From contig JAITOC010000101.1 of the NCBI GenBank assembly GCA_031290175.1, positions 1 to 52,364 of the forward strand: DNA of 52,364 nt, given 5' to 3'. Shown piece by piece: positions 26,171-36,457 of this stretch. Numbering within the stretch: the stretch's first letter is position 1; the number at the start of each line of letters is the position of its first letter. Made by a program: the position numbers and the translations under genes. The stretch is from Coriobacteriales bacterium. Its GTDB lineage: Bacteria; Actinomycetota; Coriobacteriia; Coriobacteriales; UBA8131. The notes beneath the pieces are model-generated. The model saw only the letters and a list, made by a program, of their open reading frames with translations. It was not told where the DNA came from and made no database searches.

Positions 26171-27133
26171 TCACACGAGGAGCTGTCGCACATAGGCGAT
26201 GTTGGACTGCACCGTCTGCACAAGCTCCTCAACGCTGGAGAAGGCATACATAGGGCGCAGGTATTCGATAAAAGCTACTTTAACCTCGCGACCATAGAGT
26301 GCACCCTCGAAGTCAATCAGGTGTGCCTCGATTGTTGCCTCGACACCCATGAAGGTGGCAGGCACGCCTATGGAGATGGCCGCCTTGCAGGGGAGATCGT
26401 CTAAGAACACATAGCCCGCGTAGACGCCGTCTGCCGGACGTACGAGCGAATCCTCGATGACGATATTGGCGGTTGGAAATCCGAGTTCATGCCCGACTCG
26501 ACGCCCCGGAACCACATGCGCACGCACGTAATACGGTCGTGTGAGCAGGTGGTTTGCCTCTTCCAGTTGTGCCGCCTGCAGAGCATTGCGCACCCGGGTT
26601 GCGGTAACCGGCGTATCGTCGTCTGCGAGCAATGCCTGGGGAGAGACGTCACAACCAACACCTGCGCCCCAGGTGTGCAGGTCATCGACTGTGCCGATGG
26701 CGCGATGCCCAAAGCGGAAATCCTCGCCAACGAAGATGGCGCGCGGCGTGCAGCAACTACCGAAGACATGATCGAGGAAGTCAGCAGGCTCACGCATGGC
26801 TAACACCTCGTCAAAGGGCAGGACGAGCACAGCATCCACAGGCGCAGTGGCGAGATAGGCAAGCCGCTCGGCGTTCGTAAGCAATTTGCGCCAACGCTCC
26901 TGAGGGAGAAAGAACTCGTCCGGATCGCGATCAAAGGTAACAACGATATGCGCTGTGCCCCGACGCTGCGCCTCGGCACACGCTTGCTCGATGAGAAACT
27001 GGTGCCCCCGGTGAAAACCATCAAAGACACCGAAGGTACAGACGACCTCACCAAGGCCTTCTGCCTGTGAAAAGGGCACGATGCGTGCGCGCTGTGCCGC
27101 TTTCAGATGCCGATCAGTCAACAGGTCTACCAC
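26171..27133 (-). CDS. ribF: bifunctional riboflavin kinase / FMN adenylyltransferase
   Basis: GVFDGFHRGHQ nucleotidyltransferase motif and a C-terminal riboflavin kinase region (GFPTANI, ...EAHLIDF). GTG at 27133 is preceded by GGAGG at 5 nt. The track ORF extends to 27388, but only inside truB. Confidence 0.9.
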   Translation of the reverse strand: MVDLLTDRHLKAAQRARIVPFSQAEGLGEVVCTFGVFDGFHRGHQFLIEQACAEAQRRGTAHIVVTFDRDPDEFFLPQERWRKLLTNAERLAYLATAPVDAVLVLPFDEVLAMREPADFLDHVFGSCCTPRAIFVGEDFRFGHRAIGTVDDLHTWGAGVGCDVSPQALLADDDTPVTATRVRNALQAAQLEEANHLLTRPYYVRAHVVPGRRVGHELGFPTANIVIEDSLVRPADGVYAGYVFLDDLPCKAAISIGVPATFMGVEATIEAHLIDFEGALYGREVKVAFIEYLRPMYAFSSVEELVQTVQSNIAYVRQLLV

Positions 27134-28073
27134 TGATGCCTCCAGGGATGATGGTTCGCGGAATGAGGACACGCCCCTGTGCCCGGGCTTCAAACACGGC
27201 AACAAGCCGCCTATCATACACCAAAGATACGGGTGCGCCTTCTGCGAGTCCGTCAGCCCTGCCGACGAGCGTGCGACCATGGGTGACATCACGATACTCT
27301 GCGGCAGTAAGTGCCAATGCGGGATACCCGAGCGCATCAAAGGGGTCAAGCCAGTACGGTTCGACACCCTCAGTTTCCAGCTCTTCAAGGGTAACGGCCT
27401 CGTTCGGCGCGTCTTTGATGCTTATGGTGCCGATGCGGGTTCGGCGCAGGGCGGCGAGGTGTGCGTGGGATCCGATGCCTTCACCGAGGTCGCGGGCAAG
27501 CGCGCGCACATAGGCACCCTTTGAGCAGACAAGCTCGATACGCCAACTGTCCGCTGTGGTCTCAAGCAGCTGTATCGAGTGGATAGTGACCTCGCGGGGC
27601 TCAAGCTCAGGCTCCTTTCCTGCACGTGCCAGCTTGTAGGCAGCAACACCATCGCGTTTGATGGCGGCGTAACGGGGCGGCAGTTGCAGGAAGCTTCCCG
27701 TGAAGCGAGAAAGGATGTCGCACGCAAAATCAGCGTCCGCCACCTTGGAAGGAATAGGAGCTTGCGCAATGGGCGCACCCTCAGCGTCGTCGGTGTCTGT
27801 CGCCACGCCGAAGCATATGCGTGCCTCGTAGGCCTTGTCCCTGTGCATGAGATAATCGGAGAGCCGGGTCGCAGGGCCAACGCAGACAAGCAACAACCCT
27901 GTTGCCGCCGGGTCGAGCGTGCCGGCATGACCGACTCTGCCCTCTCCTGAGGTACGGCGGATGCGATCCACCACGTCGTGCGAGGTCAAACCTGCGGGTT
28001 TATCCACTGCAAGCAGGCCAGAGAGGGTAGTGTTTCCGCGCCGCTTGTTACCCAAGGGTCTTCTCTGTGGCAC
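27114..28073 (-). CDS. truB: tRNA pseudouridine(55) synthase
   Basis: GLLAVDKPAGLTSHD and GHAGTLDPAATGLL (catalytic Asp) motifs. Confidence 0.95.
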   Translation of the reverse strand: MPQRRPLGNKRRGNTTLSGLLAVDKPAGLTSHDVVDRIRRTSGEGRVGHAGTLDPAATGLLLVCVGPATRLSDYLMHRDKAYEARICFGVATDTDDAEGAPIAQAPIPSKVADADFACDILSRFTGSFLQLPPRYAAIKRDGVAAYKLARAGKEPELEPREVTIHSIQLLETTADSWRIELVCSKGAYVRALARDLGEGIGSHAHLAALRRTRIGTISIKDAPNEAVTLEELETEGVEPYWLDPFDALGYPALALTAAEYRDVTHGRTLVGRADGLAEGAPVSLVYDRRLVAVFEARAQGRVLIPRTIIPGGISGRPVD

Positions 28074-29094
28074 TCAGGATGACCTCGATAGCCTCTGGTA
28101 AAGGCAACGCGAGGGTAATACCAGCAGCCGCCCTGTGACCACCGCCGCCAAATGCACGGGCAACAGCACCTACGTCGCAGCTCCCCTTCGCACGCAAGTT
28201 CACACGGGTACCGTCCTCTTCTTCCCGGAGCAGGATGGCAACCTCCACATCCCTGATAGATCGCAACAAGGTGGGTAGTCCCTCGGTCTCATCGCGGGTG
28301 ACCTTGAGCTCTGAGAGGTCAGCAGCGTTGACCCAGGAGTAGACGATGCGTCCATCTCCGCTGAAGCGGATGCGCGAAACCAGACGCGCATCGAGCATGA
28401 GCGAGGAGAGCGAGCGGCTCTCATAGACGTTCTTGCTCATTTCTGCCGGATTGACACCCGCCGCGATCATCTCACCTGCGGCCTCAAAGGCCTCGGATGA
28501 GGTGTTCTGGAAGGAGAAGCGTCCCGTGTCTGTCATGATCGCAACGTAGCAATACTCAGCGATGTCACGGGTAATGGGGGTTTCAGTCGCACTAAGGAGA
28601 TCCCAGATGAGCAGCCCTGTGGCGGCTGCCCGAGCGTCACCAAAGTAGTTGGGCGAGTAGCCCTCATAGTCAGGATGGTGATCGATGACGAGGGTGTTTT
28701 TCGCGCGGTCAAAAATCTCAGCCGCCTTGCCAAGACGCACCTTGGTGGAGGTATCGACTGCGATAAAGAGATCGGGGGTGCCAGCATACTCGGCAGCCGG
28801 AACGAACTCGTAGCCAGGCATGAAGGCGTAGAGGTTGGGAGCCGTGGGGTATTGAGCCAGCAGGCTGGTTACCGTATGGCCTCGCTCACGCAGAAAGGCG
28901 GAGAGCGCTAGGTTCGAGCCGACCGCATCCCCATCGGGATTAACATGACCGCAGACAACGATCTCCTGTGCAACATCGATGATCTCAAACACGCGTGCCT
29001 GGGAGAGTGACGTTTGCTTTGTGACCTCAGGCGTAAGGTGAAGTGCCTCGGGCGCAGGTGCCTCGGCGTCTTCACTGCTCTGTATCTCACTCAT
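28048..29094 (-). CDS. nrnA: DHH-family phosphoesterase (NrnA-type oligoribonuclease / pAp phosphatase)
   Basis: GHVNPDGDAVGS, VIDHHP and GGGGHRAAAG motifs. ATGA overlap with the rbfA stop. Confidence 0.85.
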   Translation of the reverse strand: MSEIQSSEDAEAPAPEALHLTPEVTKQTSLSQARVFEIIDVAQEIVVCGHVNPDGDAVGSNLALSAFLRERGHTVTSLLAQYPTAPNLYAFMPGYEFVPAAEYAGTPDLFIAVDTSTKVRLGKAAEIFDRAKNTLVIDHHPDYEGYSPNYFGDARAAATGLLIWDLLSATETPITRDIAEYCYVAIMTDTGRFSFQNTSSEAFEAAGEMIAAGVNPAEMSKNVYESRSLSSLMLDARLVSRIRFSGDGRIVYSWVNAADLSELKVTRDETEGLPTLLRSIRDVEVAILLREEEDGTRVNLRAKGSCDVGAVARAFGGGGHRAAAGITLALPLPEAIEVILSATEKTLG

Positions 29095-29468
29095 AGAGGG
29101 TAGCCCTCCTCATCTTTTTCAATAGAAAGTGTCTTAGGGGCATCGATCAGGGCAGTGGAGATGCGCGCTACCGCATCGATGCTTGTATCGAGAAAGAAGC
29201 GTAACTCGGGAGTGACACGCCAGTTGAGTTCGCTGCCAAGTAGGCTGCGAATGCGTCCTTTTGCGCTCTCGAGTCCTGCGATCACCTCGTCATACTGTTG
29301 CTCTTCAGCCGCGACATAGACATGCGCCACGCGGCGGTCCTTTGATACCTCGACACCGGTAACCGTGACAAAGGCAAGCCGTGGATCAGACACCTGCAAA
29401 AGCAGGATGTTTGCCAAGGCCTCGCGTGTTGCCTCGTTCAATCGCCGTGATTGTGGTGTCTGTTTCAT
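29091..29468 (-). CDS. rbfA: ribosome-binding factor A
   Basis: R.NE..RE.LA.IL...V.DPRL..VT...V.VS.D...A.VY pattern. The ATG at 29468 lies 7 nt after the infB stop; the track start at 29528 would overlap infB. Confidence 0.85.
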   Translation of the reverse strand: MKQTPQSRRLNEATREALANILLLQVSDPRLAFVTVTGVEVSKDRRVAHVYVAAEEQQYDEVIAGLESAKGRIRSLLGSELNWRVTPELRFFLDTSIDAVARISTALIDAPKTLSIEKDEEGYPL

Positions 29469-29475
29469 CGTCCCA

Positions 29476-32367
29476 CTAGCCTTCTCGGGCGACTTCCCTG
29501 ATACGGAAGCCTTCAAAGCTGTCGCCAACCTTGACGTCCTGGAAGCCGGTGATACCTATGCCACACTCAAAGCCGGCGCGCACGCTCTTGACGTCCTCCT
29601 TGAAGTGGCGAAGCGATGCGATGTTGCCTTCGAAGACGATAGTGCCATCGCGCACGACACGCAGTTTGTCATCCCGGAACAGCTCGCCCTCGGTGATGAG
29701 GCAACCAGCGATCGTGCCCACCTTTGGCACTTTGAACAGTTCGCGCACCTCGGCGACACCCGAATCCTCCTCGATGATCTCCGGCTTGAGCAGACCGACG
29801 CGAGCAGCGTTGATATCCTCGATTGCCTGGTAGATAACGCGGTAGAGCTTGATCTCGACTTTTTCTTTCTCAGCAGCCACCTTTGCCTTGGGCTGAGGCC
29901 GCACATTGAAGCCGATAATGATGGCATCGGAGGCCGCCGCCAGCGTGACGTCGGTTTCTGTAACACCACCAACGGCGGAGTGTATGACATTGATGCGAAC
30001 CTCGCTTTGATCCATCTTGTCAAGCGCATCCTGCAGCGCCTCAATAGAACCCTGGACGTCCGCCTTGACCACAAGATTGAGCTCACTTATACGGCCTTCT
30101 TCAATACGGGCAAAGAGGTCTTCGAGCGAGACGTGGCCTTGTTTCTGCTGTTCAGCGAGGCGTCTTCTCAGCGCACGATCTTCTGCGAGGTTACGTGCAT
30201 CGCGTTCATCTGCAAAGACCCTGAACTCATCACCAGCTGCCGGCACGCTATCCAGACCGAGCACCTCGACGGGATCCGCCGGCTTGGCACTCTCGACATT
30301 GTCGCCTTTGGGGCTGACGAGCGCACGCACGCGTCCATAGGAACTTCCGACAACCACTGCGTCGCCCAGTTTCAGGGTTCCGCGCTGGACGACAACCGTG
30401 GCAACCGGGCCGCGCCCCTTGTCGAGCTTGGCCTCGATGACGAAGCCAGAAGCAAGCGCACGGGTGTTCGCCTTCAATTCGAGCACATCTGCCTGCAGAA
30501 GTATGGTCTCAAGCAGTTCGTCGATGCCGAGACGCTGCTTCGCGCTGACGTTGACAAACATATTCTGGCCGCCCCACTCCTCAGGGACGATGCTGTGCTC
30601 GGTGAGCTCTTGGCGGACGCGCTCAGGGTTGGCGCCGGCCTTGTCTATTTTGTTGACTGCAACGATTATGGGCACCTGAGCCGCCTCGGCATGGTGGATT
30701 GCCTCAATGGTCTGCGGCATAACGCCATCGTCAGCGGCAACGACGAGGACGACGACGTCGGTGACCTTAGCTCCGCGTGCGCGCATCGCTGTGAACGCCT
30801 CGTGGCCAGGCGTATCGATGAAGGTGATCTGGCGATCCTTGATCTCAACGACAGAAGCACCGATATGCTGTGTAATACCGCCCGCCTCAGTCGCAACAAC
30901 ACCGGTTTCGCGGATGGCATCGAGCAAGGAAGTCTTCCCGTGGTCGACGTGTCCCATGACCGTGACGACGGGCGGTCGCGGCAGAAGGTCTTCAGGCGCG
31001 TCAACGATCTGAGCGGCGTATTCTTCTTCAGGGGAGATGAAGCGCACCTTGCGACCCATGTCATCCGAGATAAGCTCGACGAGCTCGTCGCTCATCGTCT
31101 GGGTGACTGTCAGAGGCGTACCCAGCAGGAACAGGCGCTTGACGATGTCGTTGGGCGGCACCTTCAGGACATCAGCGAACTCCTGCACGGTGATACCGGT
31201 AGTGACCTGGGCGACCGAATCGTCAAGGAGCTCGAGATCCATGCCTTTCTCGATATATTCGAGCTCAAGCTTCTCCTTGGCCTCAGCAACGCGCTTCTCC
31301 TTGCGCTTACGTCGCCGCCCTTCACCTTCGCTGGATGCGGCTTCGACGGCCGCCCGAGCATCGGCAAGCACGCGGTCGCGCTGGAACTGCTCGGCCTGCG
31401 CCGCCATGCGACGATAGCGATCGTCGTCCGCCTCGGCTCCTTCAGCAGCATAGGCCTCATCCACGAGATAGTCCTGCGTGCGACGTACGTCTTTGACTTC
31501 TTTTTCGCGCGCGCTCTTGCCTTTGCCCCGGTTCTTGCCGCGGCTCTCGCCCTCGCCTTCTGTGGCGGCACCCTTACGGTGGGATTTATCCGATGCTCTC
31601 TCACCCGTTGCCTCGGCAGCACGTGACGATGTTTCAGCAGCAGGCGTGTCGCTCCCTCCAGCTTCAGGGGCATCGACGGCTGTGGCTTTGGCGCCCTTGG
31701 CGGCAGTCCTTTTTCCTCCTGCGCTGGGTGCCTCGTCGGTTGCAGGCTCTGCTCCAGTTGCTCCATCTGTGCCAGCCCTAGGCGCTTTTGCTCCAACCGC
31801 GTTTGCCTTGGTACCGGGTACCCGCTCGCCACCAGCGGCGTCGTTGTCACCCTCCTGAGGAGCTGGCGCTCCTTTGCGGGTGTTCGTCTCAGCTTCAAGA
31901 CGGTTTTTCTCGGCTTCAATCTGCGAGAGCAGCCCGCTGAAGCGTGGTATCTTCTGCTTCTTGGAGGTCTTTTCTTCGTTGAAGACGAGCGGCTGACCCT
32001 CATCTTCCTCTATTTCCTGCTCGGCATCCTCTTTAAGCTTTGCATCGCGCTCCGTACGTTCCTGCTCCCGCAGGGCACGCTCCTTATCGACGGCAGCCTT
32101 GCGCACCGCCTCTTCGGCCTCCAGTTTCTTCTGCTCCTTGGCCTCCCTGCGCGTTTCCTCCTCAACCCGTGCGGCTTCTGCCGCAGCGGCGCGCTCTGCC
32201 ATCTCAGGGCCAAGCTTCTTCCGGATTCGGTCGATATAGGCGCTTTCGAGGGTCGAAGCGTGGTTCTTTACCGGGATCTTCATCTCGATAAGGCGCTCGA
32301 GGAACTCCTTCGTGTCTACCCCGAACTCTTTTGCCAGCTCATGAACTCGCATCTTTGCCATACGCAC
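29476..32367 (-). CDS. infB: translation initiation factor IF-2
   Basis: [15 protein letters not shown] start, a long charged linker, and G-domain motifs [20 protein letters not shown] and NKID. Confidence 0.97.
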   Translation of the reverse strand: MRMAKMRVHELAKEFGVDTKEFLERLIEMKIPVKNHASTLESAYIDRIRKKLGPEMAERAAAAEAARVEEETRREAKEQKKLEAEEAVRKAAVDKERALREQERTERDAKLKEDAEQEIEEDEGQPLVFNEEKTSKKQKIPRFSGLLSQIEAEKNRLEAETNTRKGAPAPQEGDNDAAGGERVPGTKANAVGAKAPRAGTDGATGAEPATDEAPSAGGKRTAAKGAKATAVDAPEAGGSDTPAAETSSRAAEATGERASDKSHRKGAATEGEGESRGKNRGKGKSAREKEVKDVRRTQDYLVDEAYAAEGAEADDDRYRRMAAQAEQFQRDRVLADARAAVEAASSEGEGRRRKRKEKRVAEAKEKLELEYIEKGMDLELLDDSVAQVTTGITVQEFADVLKVPPNDIVKRLFLLGTPLTVTQTMSDELVELISDDMGRKVRFISPEEEYAAQIVDAPEDLLPRPPVVTVMGHVDHGKTSLLDAIRETGVVATEAGGITQHIGASVVEIKDRQITFIDTPGHEAFTAMRARGAKVTDVVVLVVAADDGVMPQTIEAIHHAEAAQVPIIVAVNKIDKAGANPERVRQELTEHSIVPEEWGGQNMFVNVSAKQRLGIDELLETILLQADVLELKANTRALASGFVIEAKLDKGRGPVATVVVQRGTLKLGDAVVVGSSYGRVRALVSPKGDNVESAKPADPVEVLGLDSVPAAGDEFRVFADERDARNLAEDRALRRRLAEQQKQGHVSLEDLFARIEEGRISELNLVVKADVQGSIEALQDALDKMDQSEVRINVIHSAVGGVTETDVTLAAASDAIIIGFNVRPQPKAKVAAEKEKVEIKLYRVIYQAIEDINAARVGLLKPEIIEEDSGVAEVRELFKVPKVGTIAGCLITEGELFRDDKLRVVRDGTIVFEGNIASLRHFKEDVKSVRAGFECGIGITGFQDVKVGDSFEGFRIREVAREG

Positions 32368-32373
32368 CAGCTC

Positions 32374-32685
32374 CTAAACCTCAAACGCTTTCGCGTCTGC
32401 ACTACCACAGTCAATCCCCGCGAACGCCTCTTTCAGGCCCGCATAGTCACGTGCGTCAAGCTTCACGCGCAGCGCCCGTTCAAGCAGATGTCCCTTGCAA
32501 ACCTTCTCAAAACACGCCCCCGCCACGCAGACATAGGCACCACGCCCAGCGCGTCGACCCGTCGCATCAACCAGCACGGCACCGTCTGGCGTACGCACGA
32601 AGCGAACGAGCGTGCGCTTATCCGCTGTCTGCCTACAGGCGATACAGGATCTAAGTGGCTTACGTATGTCCTTCACCGGGATCAA
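32374..32685 (-). CDS. ylxR: YlxR/DUF448 family RNA-binding protein
   Basis: R.CI.CR...DK..L.R.V....G....D..G...GRGAY.C pattern. Sits between nusA and infB, as is canonical. Confidence 0.8.
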   Translation of the reverse strand: MIPVKDIRKPLRSCIACRQTADKRTLVRFVRTPDGAVLVDATGRRAGRGAYVCVAGACFEKVCKGHLLERALRVKLDARDYAGLKEAFAGIDCGSADAKAFEV

Positions 32686-33984
32686 CTAGATTAACGCTCC
32701 TTCTTCTTCCCTCAGCTCCTGTGCGGCAGCATCCTCGTCAACCCCCGTGCGCTCCTCAGATGCCGATTCTCCCAGCGCAACGCTCTCGTGAATACCACAG
32801 AAATGCGAGCCAGATCGCGCATGATTACGGCAACGGATACCGTCGGGGGAGACGTGCTCGCAGCGCCCGTCTTCATTGCCCTCATGCTCGTCATCCTCAT
32901 CGATAAGCGAGTTGACGACCGACGAATGGTCAGAAAGCAACGAAGCTGACTTGATATCGATATGCCACCCGGTCAGATGCGCCGCGAGACGAGCGTTCTG
33001 GCCCTCTTTGCCGATAGCGAGGGAAAGTTGATCGTCGGGTACGATGACGGTCGCATAGTGCGTGTCCTCGTCGACAAGGACATTGGTCACTTTGGCCGGC
33101 GAAAGCGCATTGGCCACATAGGTTCTGGGGTTCTCATCCCACTGAATAACATCGACCCGCTCGTTACGCAGCTCCTCGACGACCATACGCACACGCGAGC
33201 CCTTAGGTCCAACACAGGCACCGACCGGGTCAAGGTTGTTCTCGCGTGACGAGACGGCGATCTTTGAGCGCGCCCCCGCTTCACGGGCGATCGACTTGAT
33301 CTCCACGATGCCATCGTAGATCTCGGGCACCTCAATCTCGAAGAGACGTCGGATGAGATCGGGATGTGTGCGGCTCACGACGATGGACGGACGCGTATTC
33401 TCACTGCGTCCACCGGACTCGACGATGTTCGGGTCACGCACCTCGATGATAAGCGACTTGAGCCGCTGGTTGTGGCGATAATGCTCGTTCGTCGGCTTCT
33501 CGTTTCGCTCTGACTGAAAGCGCTTGGTATCGAAGTGCGGGAGCTCGGCTTCTACGCCGTCGCGGATCTTGATGATGGTGAAGTCCGGGGTGCTCTGCAA
33601 AACCGTACCCGTCACGAGCTCGCCCTTGCGGTCGGAGAACTCAGCAAATATCTGTTGCCGTCCGGCATCGCGCACGATGGAAAGGATGACGTTCTTGGCG
33701 TTTTGCGCTGCAATACGGCTAACATCTTTTGGCGTGACGTCGTGCTCCTCAAAGGCGCTGTACTCACCTGTCTCCTCGTCGGGCTCACCGATAGGTACCA
33801 GCTCATACACATATATCTCGCCGCTCTCGCGGTCGATGGTGACCTTGGCATCCCATTCGAGATTAAGGACGTTCTCATAACTTTTTGCCAGAGACTGCTC
33901 AAGGCGTTCAAGAAGGTATATCTCGTCGATATTCTTCTCCTGAGCAAGGGCTTCCAGCGCTGCTACCAAATCAGATGCCATCAT
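32686..33984 (-). CDS. nusA: transcription termination/antitermination factor NusA (with an unusual Cys/His-containing acidic C-terminal extension)
   Basis: The ATGATG at 33984 is preceded by GGAAAGGA and overlaps the rimP stop. N-terminus MMASDLVAALEALAQEKNIDEIYLLERLEQSL, then S1 and two KH regions (GACVGPKGSRV, AIGKEGQNARLA). The track ORF start at 34305 lies inside rimP. Confidence 0.95.
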   Translation of the reverse strand: MMASDLVAALEALAQEKNIDEIYLLERLEQSLAKSYENVLNLEWDAKVTIDRESGEIYVYELVPIGEPDEETGEYSAFEEHDVTPKDVSRIAAQNAKNVILSIVRDAGRQQIFAEFSDRKGELVTGTVLQSTPDFTIIKIRDGVEAELPHFDTKRFQSERNEKPTNEHYRHNQRLKSLIIEVRDPNIVESGGRSENTRPSIVVSRTHPDLIRRLFEIEVPEIYDGIVEIKSIAREAGARSKIAVSSRENNLDPVGACVGPKGSRVRMVVEELRNERVDVIQWDENPRTYVANALSPAKVTNVLVDEDTHYATVIVPDDQLSLAIGKEGQNARLAAHLTGWHIDIKSASLLSDHSSVVNSLIDEDDEHEGNEDGRCEHVSPDGIRCRNHARSGSHFCGIHESVALGESASEERTGVDEDAAAQELREEEGALI

Positions 33985-34498
33985 CGATCCTTTCCGTCTT
34001 CTTGAAATCAACCCGCCCAATAAGATGCGCTTTCTTGATGTCCGCAAAAGGGAGACGATGCGTCTCCCCCTCGATGTCGAGGAGTATGACGAGGGTCTCC
34101 ACTCTGGGCTCCTCTCCGGATTCAGCTTCGGTCTCCACGCCAGCCAGAATGCCGGTCCAGTTGCTGCGCCCGCCCAGTGGCTCCGTCTTGAGCACCGCTC
34201 GCTCGCCTTTGAAACGCTCAAAGTGCTCGCTTGAACGCAGTGGCCGATCGATACCAGGTGAGGAGACCTCGAGACAATAGGAGCCACCCACCGGCTCGAC
34301 CTCATCGATGACGGGGTCTATCCAGCTGTTGGCCGCAGCAAGGTCATCGATGCCGAGCCCTCCCTCTTTGTCGAGGTAAACCCGTATGACACGTGCCTTG
34401 TTCGCGCCTGTGATCTCAAGATCGACCAAGGCAAGGCCGTGCGTGACCGCAGCAGCCTCAAGCGCTTCGATAAGTTTCTGTTCCTTCTTGTTCCGCAC
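33971..34498 (-). CDS. rimP: ribosome maturation factor RimP
   Basis: Canonical position upstream of nusA, LEVSSPGIDRPL motif, GTG start. Confidence 0.9.
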   Translation of the reverse strand: MRNKKEQKLIEALEAAAVTHGLALVDLEITGANKARVIRVYLDKEGGLGIDDLAAANSWIDPVIDEVEPVGGSYCLEVSSPGIDRPLRSSEHFERFKGERAVLKTEPLGGRSNWTGILAGVETEAESGEEPRVETLVILLDIEGETHRLPFADIKKAHLIGRVDFKKTERIDDGI

Positions 34499-34711
34499 GC
34501 AAAACTTCCCGGTTTAACAAAAGAAAGCGGGACAAAGCCCACTTCCTCGACAACAATTACCTGTCCTTAAACCGCGCTCAACCCCTGCCTTCTCAGCATG
34601 TGAAGAAGCGCAACACTTACTTATACCATACTATGCCATGCTTTACCAGAGGAACTTGCGCGTCATTGTCGCAATAACTGCGTGTCGGTTACAGTTCAGG
34701 CTGCGTTGCCA

Positions 34712-34743
34712 GGCGGCACATCGCCCAACGGCGCTGTGCCGCC
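34712..34743 (-). terminator. strong GC hairpin immediately after the beta-helix lipoprotein stop (no U-tract)
   Basis: GGCGGCACA-t-CGCC-caac-GGCG-c-TGTGCCGCC, starting 5 nt beyond the stop codon at 34748-34750. Confidence 0.4.
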
Positions 34744-34747
34744 TCCG

Positions 34748-36448
34748 TCATAACGGTTGTTGACCGCGACCACCGGTGGGTGGGGTGCCACCGCCGAAGC
34801 CACCTTGAGGGGGCGTGCCGCCAAAGTCGCCATCGGTTGGCATATCGCCGCTGGGTGCCGTACCGCCGCCGGGGGCAGCGCCGCCGCCGGGCATGGTGCC
34901 ACCACGACCGCCTCCCATGCCACCAAAGCCCTCGCCGCCTGCATAGGCATTTACGGTGCCGTCGGCTGCCACACTGGCAGGGCTTTCGCTCAGCGTGAAG
35001 CTGGTGACATCCACGCCGTCCACAGAGAAGGTGTAACTTCCCCCGAGTGTAAGTTCAGGAGCGCTGAGCGCCACGGAGCTGAACTGTTTTTTTGCCGTCA
35101 GAGAGAACAACTCATTGCCGTTGGCATCACGCAGGCTGAGTACGCTGCCAGCTGCGAAGGTTTGCTGCGCATTGTAGAGCAACGCTGCCTGTGTCGAACC
35201 GCTGCCGTAGCCCTCGTCCATGCCCGCTGCGCAAAGTGCGATGAGGCTGCCACCGCTGATGCTCGCCCCCTGCCCTGAGTCGATGGCTCCGTTCCCGGAG
35301 CGCGTGGGGCCAAAGACCACGACTTCACCGCCGCTTTGCGTGATGATACCGTTGGAGTCGATACCGTCACCCTCGGCATCTATTTCCAGATAGCCACCGG
35401 TGATGTCAAGCAGGTAGTCAGTGCGTGCGTCACCTGCTGCGTTGACACCATCGTCGCTGGCGGTAATGTAATGCGAGCCGCCCTGAATCCATATCTGCGC
35501 ACCCTCATAGCCTTCCTCGCAGCGACTGACCGTGACATCGCCTCCTGCCGCACGCAGGATAGTCTCAGCATGCACGGCGTCATCTGTGGCTGCGATGGTA
35601 ATGGTGCCACCGTCAAGGGAGACAAAGCCGGCGGTATCGGGCTCAGTGGCATTGTTCGAGACAATGGCGTCGTCTCCGGATACGATGTCGAGCGTGCCGT
35701 CGGCTATCTTGACGCAATCCTTACCCTGTAGTCCGTCGCCTGCTGCCTCGATGCTGTATTCGCCACCCGTTATCACGAGGTCATCCTTGGATACGATGGC
35801 ATGCGTGGAGGCCGCCGTGACTTTCAGGCTACCCGAACCGTTGATTGTCAGGTCATCATGGGAGAAGATCACACCATCGTGGGTGGCGTGATCGTCCTCT
35901 GTTTCGGTTGTCTCCGCGTCCCCTGCCGCCAGGGTGGCAAGGTCGCTGCGGCCGCTGCCGTCGCTCAGCACGTTGCTGGAGCCCTCCGCCAGCGTGATGA
36001 ATACCTTGTCGGCCTGCTCCACAAGGATGGCGGGTGCAGCGGTAGAGGTAATCTCCACACCGTCGAGCACGAGTTGTACCTTGGCATCCTCATCGAGCGC
36101 CTCAACGACAATCGAGCCGTTGCTGAGTTTGCCGCTGACGATGTAGGTGCCCTCTGCAGAGATGGTGACGATACTGCCATCCACCTGGGCACCTTCGCCT
36201 TCCACGTTGACAGACGTGCCGGAAAGTGTGATTCGCGTCGCAGTAGCCTCATCATAGGAGGGGTCAAGGTCGCGGTCGGAGTACGAGAAGTCAAAGCCGC
36301 TCTCATCCGCCGGCTCCACTGTCACAGGAGTGGTCGCGGATGTATCCGGGCTGCCAACGGCAGGCTCCTCTCCCGCCTGTTTTGAACAGCCGAAGCTGAA
36401 GACAATCAGAGCACCTGTCAGGAGCAGGGTAATGAATCTTTTCATCAT
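34748..36448 (-). CDS. Cthe_2159-like carbohydrate-binding beta-helix lipoprotein with a Gly-rich C-terminal tail
   Basis: Lipobox MMKRFITLLLTGALIVFSFGC. Family-typical block FSYSDRDLDPSYDEATATRITLSG...VTISAEGTYIVSGKLSNGSIVVEA..DAKVQLVLDGVEITS..APAILVEQADKVFITLAEGS.N.LSDG. The C-terminus is GGMGGGRGGTMPGGGAAPGGG... Confidence 0.8.
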   Translation of the reverse strand: MMKRFITLLLTGALIVFSFGCSKQAGEEPAVGSPDTSATTPVTVEPADESGFDFSYSDRDLDPSYDEATATRITLSGTSVNVEGEGAQVDGSIVTISAEGTYIVSGKLSNGSIVVEALDEDAKVQLVLDGVEITSTAAPAILVEQADKVFITLAEGSSNVLSDGSGRSDLATLAAGDAETTETEDDHATHDGVIFSHDDLTINGSGSLKVTAASTHAIVSKDDLVITGGEYSIEAAGDGLQGKDCVKIADGTLDIVSGDDAIVSNNATEPDTAGFVSLDGGTITIAATDDAVHAETILRAAGGDVTVSRCEEGYEGAQIWIQGGSHYITASDDGVNAAGDARTDYLLDITGGYLEIDAEGDGIDSNGIITQSGGEVVVFGPTRSGNGAIDSGQGASISGGSLIALCAAGMDEGYGSGSTQAALLYNAQQTFAAGSVLSLRDANGNELFSLTAKKQFSSVALSAPELTLGGSYTFSVDGVDVTSFTLSESPASVAADGTVNAYAGGEGFGGMGGGRGGTMPGGGAAPGGGTAPSGDMPTDGDFGGTPPQGGFGGGTPPTGGRGQQPL

Positions 36449-36457
36449 GCTTCTTCC

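Noticed and set aside
25944-26247. Small minus-strand ORFs (76 and 73 aa) in and next to the ribF-bactofilin spacer.
   Set aside because: They have no RBS, are Cys/Arg-rich and improbable as peptides, and overlap the ribF 3-prime end. The region is better explained as a terminator plus a promoter.
27134-27388. N-terminal extension of the ribF ORF (the track gives 405 aa from 27388).
   Set aside because: The extension lies inside truB in another frame, and RibF homology begins near VVDLLTDRH. The GTG at 27133 has a well-spaced GGAGG.
29365-31626. 753-aa ORF on the plus strand, which would be among the longest in the window.
   Set aside because: It is entirely antisense to infB, which has unambiguous IF-2 motifs. 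Its product is low-complexity and Arg/Asp/Leu-rich with no motifs. Long stop-free antisense frames are expected in high-GC coding DNA.
33985-34305. N-terminal extension of the nusA ORF (the track gives 539 aa).
   Set aside because: The extension overlaps rimP and translates to Arg/Ser-rich nonsense. The canonical NusA N-terminus begins at the ATGATG at 33984, which has an RBS.
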